Part shown: in pieces, positions 36,473 to 48,635 of the stretch
Position numbering within the stretch: the stretch's first letter is position 1
Layout: the number at the start of each line of letters is the position of its first letter
NCBI GenBank assembly: GCA_002269645.1
Contig: NIVC01000467.1
Location: 1 to 64,000 of the forward strand
Length of the DNA: 64,000 bases
Origin: Macrostomum lignano
Lineage: Eukaryota
Reading direction: 5' to 3'
Position numbers and translations under genes: made by a program
Notes under the pieces: generated by a model
Told to the model about the DNA's origin: nothing
Database searches by the model: none
Seen by the model: the letters and a program-made list of their open reading frames with translations, nothing else

Positions 36473-39400
36473 GTGACGCGGAGTGCGGAGGTTTCGTGGA
36501 CACCTCCCCGAATCAAAAAATCCATGCGCGTGAGGCCGATCCGTACGTCACAGGTCGAGTTGCGACTCGAGAGGTGCCTTTCTTGCTTGACAGCGGCAGC
36601 CGGAAAAACTTTCTTGGTTCGTCAACCTGGGCCGCTATTAGACGTCGGATGCCTCGTTGTATTATATCGCATGCTATTCCCGATTGCGTAACTATGTATG
36701 ATGGGACGCAGCTCCCACTTGCTTGTAAGGTGACCATCCCAGTGGAGTTTGGTGATGTCGTCGCGGACACCGAATTCCTCGTCACGGTCTCCGATTGTGA
36801 AAATTTGCTTGGCGTATCGTTTATGCGAGAGCACTGCCAGAACTTGGACTTCGCTCAAGGAATGCTAACGTTCAACAATGGCACGTGCATCCCTGTTCGT
36901 TATTCGCGTCGCGAGCTTCAAACCTGCCGAGTGTACACCTCCGAGAAGTGCACCCTGCCGCCTAGAAGTTCAGCGCTGCTTCCCGTCAGATTGGATGACG
37001 GCCATTTCGAGAATCGAGGATCGCCATCAATCGTCGAGCTGGTTAAGTCGAGGCTGCATCCCAGTTGCAACGTTCTGGAAGCAGCGCCTGCTCTGATGAC
37101 GATGCCTGAAGGTCGCGGCTATCTTGAGGTCGTCAACACCGCCGACAGCGAGGTGTTCCTGCAAGCCGGTATCCGTGTAGGTGTTGCGACGCCACTCCGA
37201 ACTGCCGACCTGATGTACTTGAGCGAGACGCCCGAACCTGAAGTGCGACACCTCCCGAAGAACTCTGAAGAGTCCAGCACAGCATGGCTAGATGAAGTCG
37301 AGATCAACAGCGAATTGTCCAAAGAACAACATCAAAGAGTGCGAGATCTACTAGTCGAATGTCAAGCGGCCTTCTCCAAGCACTCGCTAGACGCCGGCCT
37401 GACTCACCTGGTGACCCACGAGATCATCTTGAAGGACCGGACACCAGTCGCGCTACCACCGCGCCGAATCCCGCCTCATCTGAAGGACAAACTCGACGCC
37501 CTGCTAGACGAGATGCTGGCGAAGCACATCATTCGCCCTGCCTACTCGAGCTACAATTCGCCAATGCTCATCGTGCCCAAGAAGGACGGCAATATCCGAC
37601 TAGTCCACGACTTCAGAGCTCTCAACGATAGGTGCGTGTATCACCCGTATCCGCTCCCGCACATCCAGGAAACCTTCGCGAAGCTTCGTGGTGCTCAGTG
37701 GTATTCCAGCTTGACCTTGCTCAAGGATTCTGGCAGATCCCGCTGCGTGACTGCGACCAGCACTTGACGGCATTCTCAGTGATCGACCGCGGCCAATTCT
37801 GTTTCAACGTTCTACCGATGGGTCTCCACGACAGTCCCGGCAGCTTTCAGCGTTGCATCAATAAGCTCCTGGACGGCCTGACGCCAAAGACTGCGCTTGG
37901 CTATATGGACGACATCGTGGTGCACTCAGTGACTTTCGAGGAACAGCTGGATAACTTGCGAACTGTACTCCAGCGCATCATCGCAGCCAACCTCAAAGTG
38001 AAACCGAAGAAGTGTCATTTGTTCCTCAAGGAGCTGCATTATTTAGGTCACGTCGTGACTCCCGACGGCCTGAAGACCTGTGAGGACAAGATTGCGCAGA
38101 TCCGTGATTGGCCCGTGCCACAGTCCGTTACTCAACTGAGACAATTCCTAGGCCTCGCCAATTACTACCACAAGTTTGTCGACGGCTACGCTGGAGTGGC
38201 TGCGCCGCTGCATGCCCTGACGCGAAAGGACATTGGCAGCCTGCGGCAGCATTGGACTCCCGAGCATCAGTTAGCGTTCGACACTTTGAAGAAGAAATTG
38301 TGTTCTACTGAAGTTCTCGCTCTGCCTGAATTTAATTCTGATCCTGCTGTGAAGTTTGTCCTCGACACGGATGCCTCTGATATTCGAATAGGCGCTTGCC
38401 TTGGACAACTGCAATCCGACGGCGTCGAACGTCCAATTGCATTCTTTAGCCGTAAACTTCGCGATCCTGAGAAGCGCTACACGGTCACGAAGAAAGAGCT
38501 GCTTGCAATTGTGGACGCTATGCGACATTTCCGTCATTACTTAATCGGCAAGAAGTTTGAAGTTCGATCCGATCATCGGGCCTTACTGTGGTTACTGAAC
38601 CAAACTCAGGCCACAGGTATTTTAGGCCGCTGGATCGAGCGCCTAAGCGAGTTCCGCTTCCAGCTCAACCACCGCAAAGGCAAGGACCACGCCAACGCTG
38701 ATGCCCTGTCAAGAAGACCGGAGGCGCCGCCGATCTCCTTCGAGCATGGCCGACTGCTAGAGCAACCTGGTTCTACAGCCCGACCCGGTGACGACCACGA
38801 CCTGGAACCGGATTTGGACCCGACACCCGAGGCCACTGCCAGAGCAGCCCTCCAGAAGACAGTCCACTCTCGCTGCTTGGAGGCCGAGACTGACCTGGAC
38901 GAAGACCTGGAAGCCACCGCGCCAGCAGCCTTCCAGCACGACGCCCACCGATGCAGTCAACGCCTGGAGTTCGGCCTGGACGACAACTCAGAGGCCACTG
39001 TGACAACAGCCCTCTGCAACGATGCCCATGCCGCCCACTGCAATTTGGAGACCAACCTGGACGAAGACCTTGAGGCCACTGTGGACACAGACCTCCTTGA
39101 CGACGCCCAAGACTACAGGTCTCGGACTCTGGAGACGCCCACGGACCAAGATTCAAAGGCCACCGCACCAGCAGCCCTTCTGATGACGGCCCGCAACGCA
39201 ACTCCAGGCAAGCAATTTAACTACAACCCTTCCGAGCCTTTCGCTGAGATTTCTCGCCGTGTTGACAGAGGCCAGAATCTCGCGCCAGCTGCAAGGTCGA
39301 AGCTCTGTCCCCCGGGCCGACAGACAGCTGCTCATCGCCTGTGCGGAAAGTCGAGTCCCCCTTTGCGACACCGCCCAGTGCAGGAGAAGACTCACCCAAT

Positions 39401-42400
39401 TTTGACGACGACTGAGCCGACGGCTACGGCTGCCAGCGACGAGGCGTGCTTCACGTGTTGCGTCCCGCCCTACAGCCAAGAGTCGCCTGGGCTATGCAGT
39501 GGAGGCATGCGCGCTGCTCCATCTGCGGAATCTTCTGTCATGAGAGCGATAAAGAGAACTTCGATTCGAGATCAACGGACGTACGCCGACGTTGTGAGAC
39601 AAAGTCCCTCGGAGCGACCTAATCCTGACGCCGACAAGACGGTGCCGTGTGATCGACCTGGAGCCATTAAAGCGGAGACTGCGGGAGTCATGACCCCTCA
39701 GCCATGCCGCGCCGTGCTCTCTGATTTTCTGAAGCTGCCGATGACTCGCCAACAGTTCGTTGACGCCCAACGCGCTGACCGAGCCATCAGCTACGTGCTC
39801 AACCTGGTCGAGAACGAAGCCCCGAAGCCTGAGTTCGACGCCCGGTTGCGACTGACTAAGGAGCAGCGGAATCTGCTCGGATACTACGAGAACCTGCAGG
39901 AGGACAACGGCCTGCTGCTGATTGACCTGACTGATGGACAGCAGCCGCCAAAGGTTGTTCTGCCTGAGGCCCTTGACGCCCAGGTGCTCCAGGAGCTCCA
40001 CAGTTCGCCACTGTGTGGACACCTCGGCGAGACGAAGACGTTACTGCGGCTACGAGAACGGTTCTGGAGACCCGGATTAGCCCGTGCTACCAAGACCTTC
40101 ATCAGTAAGTGCCGCACTTGCCTTGAAAGTAAATCGCGACGGCGAGAGAGAGTTCCGGTCCAGAGCTTCCCAGTTTGCGAAGTTCTGGGTAGAATCCACT
40201 GTGATGTAGTAGGACCAATCGCGCAGAAGAGCAAGAGCGGTAACCGCTACATCCTGACCTTGTGCGATGCGACGTCGAAGTATCCATTCGCCTACCCGAT
40301 GAGAAACCAGAAAGCCAAAACAGTCATCAAGCTTCTGCAGGAGCGCTTCATCCCTGAGTTCGGTGTACCATGCTGGATCCACACTGACCAAGGCACCAAC
40401 TTCACCGGCTCGGCCTTCAAGAAGTTCTGCGACCTGTTTGGCATTCGGCATACGACAACAACACCGTACAATCCAGCTTCCAATGGACAAGTGAGAACCT
40501 CAACAAGCAGCTGAAGAGTGTCCTCACCTGTCTGCTCGAGCGCAACCACAACGACTGGGACACCTTCCTCCCGGCCTGTCTGATGGCTCTCCGCTCCAGC
40601 GTGCACCCGGTGACCGGCTTCACGCCTCACTACCTGGTGTTCGGCCGTGACTTCCGACTCCCGATCGACAACGCGCTGAAGAAGCTGCCCGAGTACGCCG
40701 ACCTGCCCGACTACGTCAAGGACTTCCAACGTCGCCTGGACGAGGCGACTGAGCTAGCCAAGGAGCGCCTGCATCTGCACCAGCAACTGCGAGACGAGCA
40801 CTATTCGAACCTGCCCGTCGCCAAGAAGCTTCAACCCGGTGATCTGGTCTTCCTCAACAATCCGGTGCTTGAACCGGACGAGGCGGCGAAGTTTCATCGC
40901 CCGCGCAAAGCACTGTACGAAGTCGTCGAGCCTAAGGGCGAGGTTGTCTACAAGATTCGACGGAGACTGCCCAACCCGAGAGCTAGACGAGACGAACTAG
41001 TCGTCCATCGCCGGAACCTTCTGCTCGTGCCTGACGCTGACTATACGAGGACTTCCGATCCTGAAGTCGACAAGCCGAAGAGGCGTCGGCGACCGCCCGA
41101 CGTCCCCGACGGCGCAGGACCCGCGACCCTGACGCCGATCCCCGAGGACGACCAGGACGACCCCGACGATGATGATGATGACGGCTACGACGCAAGGCCG
41201 GCCTTCCGATGGCACTTCCGGCCTTTGGCGATCCCGGAGGTGCAGCCAGGAGGTGGACCGGTCACGACACCAGCGAACCAGGCAAGTGCACTTCGGCGTG
41301 AGCCAGTGCCGTATGGTGAATGTCATTTGCATGAGCCTGTTCTTGATGCGTCTACGCCTGTTGTTTCTTTTCCGCCCGTTTCTGCTCCCGCCCCCAGTGC
41401 TGCTTTATCTGTGGTCCAGACCCCTGGGCCGTCGCTATGCACCACTCCGGTGGAAGCGTCATTAGGAACTGTAGATGCCGGTAGGCCGGCTAGGAACCGT
41501 AGGCAGCCTGAGAGGCTGATTATTAATCCTAGGGCTAAAAGTTACGTTAGCCGCACCGCCCGCATCCGCGCACAAACTAAAACGAATTTCAGCGCAGAAA
41601 TGCAACCGCGCCGTATTGCTAAGCGCACTGAGCGCTCGCCGCCTACTGAGGCTCGCCTCAATCGACCCCGCTACTATGTCGAACCGGGGCCTCCGATCGG
41701 CGCAGCGGCCGGCCAGCTCGAATCTGGCGAGCACCGAGAGGCTCATCGCATTCCTCCCCAGCTCCGGCTCGGCTTCCGCCAGGACTGCGGAGCTACGCCG
41801 CTGCCGGAGGAGAACCATCGCCCGTCAAGGAGGCGCAGACGTCGACGCCGACCGGGGCACAACCGGACCGCCGGTGCCGAGGGGACGCCCTCGGAGAACC
41901 CGGCCGTCGTCCGTCGTCTAGCGCCAACCTCATCAGGAGGACAGGCGGCTGCGTCAACAGCCAGCACGGAAGCTGTCGCCCAAGGAATCGCGTCAATCCG
42001 ACGCCAGGTCGAGGCCGACCAAGCACGCGAGGCCGCTGAAACCAGCCGGGAGCGACCCAAGCCCGCCACGACCGACACCAAGCCTGAAGCCAAGGGGCAG
42101 CGCCGACCGCAAACTGCCGCTCCCGTCTGCATCGACCTGACGGGTTTGGACTCACCAACGGCCGAGCCGATGCCTAAGACTCAACCAGCCCCGGTCAACA
42201 AAGAGGCGGTCGCCGAAGCCCTGGCCGCCGTGCGACATCGGCTGTCACCCAGACCGCCAACGCCACCTTCAACGTCCAAGCCGAAGCACCGAGACCCGCG
42301 GCCGGAGCCGGCCGCCGGAGGCGCCACGACATGGGCGGAGGATGATGCCGCCCCAATTTTTCTTTGTAGGGTCGCCGGCCAGGACCACCATCTGGAGCCA

Positions 42401-42958
42401 GCCTCACCGCCGCGCGACGACCAGACGTGGCTGCCCACGGTCCCTGAGACCGAGCCCCCGGCTGAACCGAGAACCACCGAGGCCGCCTGCCAGACGGAAG
42501 ACCATCCCGCCGAGGCGGCTGTCCTCAACGACCTGGCTGCGGAACTGAGGCAGGCCTTGGCCCCCAGCGACACGGCCCCGCCGCCGCCGCCTAACTCGCC
42601 CGAGCCCGACGACGCGGAAGAAGACCCAGCGCCTGCAGACCCCTCGCCAGCCGTGCAAGCCGCCGTCAACCGCTACATTGAGGCGGTCTACTTTATTGCA
42701 CAGCAACTGACGGCCGCGGCTCAGTTAAATCTCCTGCCGAACCTCTCGGACTGGCCGCGATGGGCATGCCTCCGCGCTCTTACTGACGATGATCGCCAGA
42801 GGCTGCTGAACGAGGCAGCCCAACTCGCCGAGCCCACGCTCAGACGACCACCGCACCCCGAGACAGCGCGCGTTGTAGCTCAGCTAATCGCTGGGCAAAT
42901 TGCTGGGCGCACACCGGCAGTGCCCGAGATCATAATGAACTGCGGCAGGGCGGACTGA
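36304..42958 (+). CDS. pol: Pol polyprotein (protease, RT, RNase H, integrase, long C-terminal extension), interrupted by two 1-nt deletions at about 37713 and 40493
   Basis: PR FLLDSG; RT RLVHDFRALN...LPHI, DLAQGFWQI, YMDD; RH DTDASD...ELLAI...DHRAL...NADALSR; IN HSSPLCGH...CRTC, CDVVGP, TDQGTNF...NGQV[E]; GPY/F-like domain. The three ORF-track segments join by restoring one G at each break. Confidence 0.92.
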
Positions 42959-43571
42959 TTGATTTTAGGAAGCAGCCTAGTGCGAAACCCTTCGGCGCCA
43001 CTGACTTAGCGCCCATAGCAACTGTGCGAATTTTGCGCAATCGCGCCATTTAATTTTCTCCTTTTGTGAGCAGCATTTGCCATTTGTGCTCAAGCTGATG
43101 ATAACCCTTTGAAGGCCTCTGGCCAGTCCCTTGCTTTTCTTCCCCAGGGCTCTGCAAGAACTCCCGCATCCCTTTGTATTTAGGCGCTTCTTGCTTTCTT
43201 GGGGCTGGCGCCCCCCGTCTGCATTTGGTGTGTTCCACTAATACCGTATGGGGCAGTTTTACGGCTCTCGCCCAGCCGCGCGTTTAAGTCCGATTGCGGC
43301 CTCTATTTTACGTCCCCATACCTGTTCAGGTATCCCCTTTCTCCCCCACGGGCCCTGCTATTATTTAAAGCACCCCGGTATTTAGGCGCTGAATTCATGC
43401 GGGCAGGCGCCCCCGCCGTGCGTTTTGGGTCGCAATCATGGGCCTGACCCACCCTCTTCTGCTGCCATGCCAATTTACCATCTCCTTGCCAGCCGAAATT
43501 TTATTTTATTACATTTTGCAGTTTACCTTTTAAATAAAGGCGCGCTCCGCCTTCACTCCGCCTCTTTATTT

Positions 43572-43583
43572 GAACGGGGAGAG
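43572..43583 (+). other. Polypurine tract
   Basis: GAACGGGGAGAG immediately precedes the 3' LTR. Confidence 0.85.
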
Positions 43584-44553
43584 TGTAGTGAGCCGCTAGT
43601 TTATTGTTAGGCGTCGCCCTTGTCAGCCGCTCCCTTGCCCTCCCTTTGGGTTGCTGTCTGCCGCTGGTCAGCTTCCCGTGTCCCTTTCCGCCCTGCTGCG
43701 TCTCCGTTCTCAGCCCTCAGTCTCTCGACTGTGGGCTGTCTCTGTTTCGCTTCCATCCTGTTTTCCTCTGTCATGTGAGCAAGTCACATGACAGACTCTG
43801 CGTTCTTCAAGTCCTAAAGTGCAGTAAACATGTTTACTGCACTCGTTGGCCCTGTTTACCGGGTGAGTCACGTGCTTTCGGACCCCTCCCTTCTCTAAGG
43901 AGAGGAGTGACTCATGTTGCTAAAAATAGCAACTGAGTCACAGCCGCGTGTACTCTGGCCGGGGACCTCAAGTGACGTCAGTTCTAAAAATAGAACAAGT
44001 CACGAGGTCTTCCGCACGCTTCTACCCTGCCCAAGACTCTCGAGTGACGTCAGTTCTAAAAATAGAACAAGTCACGAGGTCTGGAGCGTGGGAATTTCCC
44101 GGCTATAAATAGGAGCCCTCTCCCCCTTGTTTCCGTCAAGGAGTCTTCCTTCTGTTCAACCTCGAGTTCTACGTCCGCGTGTGACTGAGTCCCGAGTGTC
44201 CGAATCTTTGCGCACATTGATTCTGTTCCTATTGCTCCGACTGAGACCTGACCAAAACCAACCCAAGTTTACGAGAGGCTAACTCCGCCCTCCCTGTACC
44301 ATCCAAGCCCGGCAGGTGCTGCTGACGAGACGCCTTATACGTGAGCTGCAAATCTGCACGTCGTGCTGTGTTCGTTGACTTCATTATTTCGTTCCGACGG
44401 GAAGCTCACCTCACCGAAGGCCGAGACCTGAAGGAACTGGTGGCAGCACTACCTACGCTACTGAGAAAGTTGAGAGAACTTCCCACTGAAGAGGCCCGAG
44501 TCTGAAGGTAATCCGCAAGGGCCGAAACCGGGAAGAAACCCCATTGTACTTCA
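43584..44553 (+). repeat. 3' LTR (970 bp)
   Basis: Same sequence as 34240-35209. Confidence 0.97.
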
Positions 44554-44621
44554 TGTGTCTTGAGAATAGTTCTTTCAAGACATCTTTTTATTGTGCACAT
44601 TTTCTCATAAAGTGGGATCTT

Positions 44622-45177
44622 GAAATGTCTGAGAATAGAGATCTGTTGTCAGATGATTGAGATCTGTTGTCAGATGATTTAGATCTGTTGTCAGATGATT
44701 GAGATCTGTTATCAGATGATTTAGATCTGTTGTCAGATGATTGAGATCTGTTGTCAGATGATTTAGATCTGTTGTCAGATGATTGAGATCTGTTGTCAGA
44801 TGATTTAGATCTGTTGTCAGATGATTGAGATCTGTTGTCAGATGATTTAGGTCTGTTGTCAGATGATTGAGATCTGTTGTCAGATGATTGAGATCTGTTG
44901 TCAGATGATTGAGATCTGTTGTCAGATGATTGAGATCTGTTGTCAGATGATTGAGATCTGTTGTCAGATGATTTAGATCTGTTGTCAGATGATTTAGATC
45001 TGTTGTCAGATGATTTAGATCTGTTGTCAGATGATTTAGATCTGTTGTCAGATGATTTAGATCTGTTGTCAGATGATTTAGATCTGTTGTCAGATGATTT
45101 AGATCTGTTGTCAGATGATTTAGATCTGTTGTCAGATGATTTAGATCTGTTGTCAGATGATTTAGATCTGTTGTCAG
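44622..45177. repeat. 21-bp minisatellite GATCTGTTGTCAGATGATTTA
   Basis: About 26 copies, with two variant blocks (TTGA/TTTA). Confidence 0.95.
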
Positions 45178-46209
45178 TTAACATGTAACTGCTACAGTAT
45201 ATACTATATATACTATACTATATAACTTCTCAGATATACGAGATATATAACTTCTCGTATTTAATGTGAATAAGCAAGTTTACTGAAGGAAATATAACAA
45301 AATGTACAATAATTTTGAAAAAAGCTTGCATTATCCGAAATGCTACTAATAGTAGAAATGCGAAAAAATATATTAACGTTGTTGCTGCCGATCTCAATAA
45401 AACAATATTTAACATATCGGACACACCAGTAATCACACGGTTGCACTATTTCGGGAGGCTGGATTCGCCATCAGAATAAATTAGATTCCTCTCCCCTCGC
45501 CCCAAAAAGCTGAAGCAACACCCCGATCCAAAAAATTCCTTTGTCGGCGGCACAAAAATCCCACAGGAGAACGAAGGGGGGAGGCCGGGGTTGGTGGAGA
45601 CTCGATCCTCATCTCTCTCTCGCTGCGTGGCAGAAGTGCCGAAGCTACTCAATCAACTTGACAGTTCCGCCCCCTCAGTCTCCATGGGCATTTCATCGTG
45701 AACCGCCGTTGCACGAGAAGCCTTGGAGATTGAGAGAGAGAATTTATAAATAGTGCCCGTCTGAGTCATCGCGCAAATCTCCTGATATCTGCTAACTAAA
45801 TCCGATTGTGCAAAAATAGAAGCACTCACAGAAATATAGACCTTAGCGCTCTCTTAGCTGACCCACTTAGGAGGAGTCACTTCAAAGTAAATGTCCAAAT
45901 CCGCCCACGCAATCCTGACCTGAGCTGATTTCTGTGTGGCATCAGTTCAGTTTGTGTTAGTTCAGTCAAGATTTGCATGTTAGTTTGAGCTGCCTGTCTC
46001 CCACTGCTCCTGCTTGATAAGGTGCGTGTTATTTGTTTTAGTATTTAGCAGCTTGACCCTGAGCTCAGTTCGGCTTGGTTGTGCCAATCGTCAAGTTTAA
46101 TGATATCAGATATTGATAAATAGACGTGCGCACTGATACGAGCTATTAAGCGAGATTATTCAGCCCTCCCTTCTAATATGACCTTTTCTTAGGTCATTCT
46201 TGACCGTAT

Positions 46210-46630
46210 GATTCCTGTTGTGTCTCAATGACCCCTTCTGTGTCTCAATGCCCCCTGTTGTGTTTCAGTGACCCCTGTTGTGTCTCAATGCCCCCCTGTT
46301 GTGTTTCAGTGACCCCTGTTGTGTCTCAATGCCCCCCTGTTGTGTTTCAGTGACCCCTGTTGTGCCTTAATGACCCCTGTTGTGTCTCAATGCCCCCTGT
46401 TGTGTCGCGTGACCCCTGTTGTGTCTCAATGACCTCTATTGTGTCTAAATGATCCAAGTTGTAACTCAATGACCCCTGTTGTGTCTTATTGACCCTATTG
46501 TGTCTCAATGACCCCTGCTGTGACTCAATGACCCCTGTTGTGACTCAATGATCCCTGTTGTGTCTCAATGCCCCTGTTGTGACTCAATGCCCCCTGTTGT
46601 GACTCAATGACGCCTGTTGTGTCTCAATTG
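46210..46630. repeat. 20-bp minisatellite GACCCCTGTTGTGTCTCAAT
   Basis: About 21 degenerate copies. Confidence 0.9.
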
Positions 46631-48524
46631 TGTCAGATAGTTAAGGTATCTCATCAGATAAAACAATCCAGATTCAATATCAGCTAGTGTCCAACGGGAG
46701 CAAAATTTCAAATCAAAGCACTTTAAACTTTTATTTGAACAAGTTTCCTTATTCAACAGGAGCCGGTAAAATTAGATCATAAGGCCAGACTTCGTCACCC
46801 TGTGAACCCACTAAAGTCTTGCGCCTTCCTTCCTTATTCGCTGTGCCACCCCCCCCCCCCAGAGTTTGCACCCAGGCGGACTTAGGGGCAATCATCAGCT
46901 TTAGGACACCCGGCTGCATTTTTTGTGTCTGGGGATCGGAGGGAAGACCGTCGGTGCCTTCACCCTCTCCCTTCCTTCTCCCCTCTCTCTCTCACATGGT
47001 GACGCGAATTACGCAAAATTGCACAAAATTACGTGAGAAAATTGAAAAAAATTGGGCAAGAATTGCGCAATAATTGCACTCAAATTGTTCATTAAGTGCA
47101 ATAAAATTACACGAAATCACGCTTAAAATTACAATTTAATTGAGCATAAAATTGCAATTCAAGAGCTTAGAAATTGCCGTTGGAGTGGCACTTCAGAATA
47201 TTGATACGCTCGTATTATAGTGCAGGTAAATTTTAAGACTTCCCAAATTTAGCACTCGATCTGCAATTTTCATTATATCTGCTCAGAATTGAACCCAGAA
47301 AAGTAATTAAGACACTAAAAACCACCGGTGTTATTTCGGAATACATTAAATTTTGCAATTTTTCAATAAGATGTTATAATCATTTTTCAATCCAATACAT
47401 TTCATTGTAATTTTTTATTTCACTTTACTACATATTAAAAAATAAAACTACAAACAGATACTAAATATAAACCTGTACGGGCAAAAAACGATGTATAAGA
47501 TACAAGAAAATACTTGCATAGATTAGTAAAAATTATTATTATTAAAATATTACTATTTAACTATTTAGAAAAATTATTATTAAACCATTAATAAGCACAC
47601 TGAACATTGAAACTAATTGAAAAATTCTTTTACATTTGAAGTGCAAAAGCGTTCTAAATAAACATAATTTATTAGTTAAATAATATTTTAACTTTCAGGG
47701 GTGCTGGCTGCATCAGCATGTTTATCTAAGCAGTTAAAACTTTAAAGATGAAGCCTTTTACACATCTATGATGAAGCTTTTGGATACTTTTAAGTTCAAA
47801 ACCTTTCTAGATTCCGAAATGAGACTTTCTAAGAACCCACAGGTAATCATTTTGTAGAATTGAATATTTAAAAAAAGATCCCAGATAAAGTTAGGATTCA
47901 CTTTTCGCTTATTTATAATTTTTTATCGCCTTTCCATGATCTTACTTAGACATTACTTTTTAAGGCTACCCAACATTGCCAGCCTGAAGCTCGTTAGAGC
48001 TTCCAGAAGTCAATTACAGTGATTACCTTGCAGTGATTTAGTGATTGCTTATTTAATGTTATTCCTATAGGCTATAACTGATACTTAATGGTTTCCAGTA
48101 TTGTCTTTCTTACGCTTGCCAGAAATGTCACGAAACATTTGATTTAACGATGCTCGCACAGATCTCCAGTTGTAGGCTGCAAACCATTCGGACAAAACAG
48201 CTCAAAGCTCCTCGACAGATTGCTCGTCCATCGCAATGCACTCCCTTAAGCCATTCAGCTCAATAATTGCAGAAATGCAATACTCCTCACCGAAGCGTCA
48301 AAGAACGTACTTTATGTACATTGGAGTTTATGTACATTGGCCCGCTATGAGAATTCGATTTAGGAAACTATAGAAGCACAAACTCGAAAGGCAATGGTTG
48401 GTCAAATTTGTCTGCAGCATGCCTTCGCTTTTGTGTGTTCATTTCTTGGCATGAAGAGAAACACAATTGAGTATTGAGTTGAAGTTGCACTGCTTTATAA
48501 TTATAAAAGAGTATTATATTATAA

Positions 48525-48635
48525 ATAATAATTATAAAATAATGATATAATTAATAATTATAAAATAATTATATAATTAATAATTATAAAATAATTATAT
48601 AATTAATAATTATAAAATAATTATAATAGATTATA
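48525..48635. repeat. AT-only ~26-bp tandem (AATAATTATATAATTAATAATTATAA)
   Basis: 3-4 copies. Confidence 0.75.

Larger units (their letters stand above)
34240..44553 (+). mobile_element. Full-length Ty3/Gypsy LTR retrotransposon (10,314 bp)
   Basis: Two 970-bp TG...CA LTRs; TGTG TSD at 34236-34239 and 44554-44557; PBS, gag, PR-RT-RH-IN order, and PPT. Confidence 0.97.

Noticed and set aside
40900-42958. Chromodomain or env after integrase
   Set aside because: No chromodomain aromatic pattern and no signal peptide or TM segment; reported instead as an unknown extension.
44588-45188. SSDNRSK / DDLDLLS ORFs
   Set aside because: A 21-bp tandem repeat.
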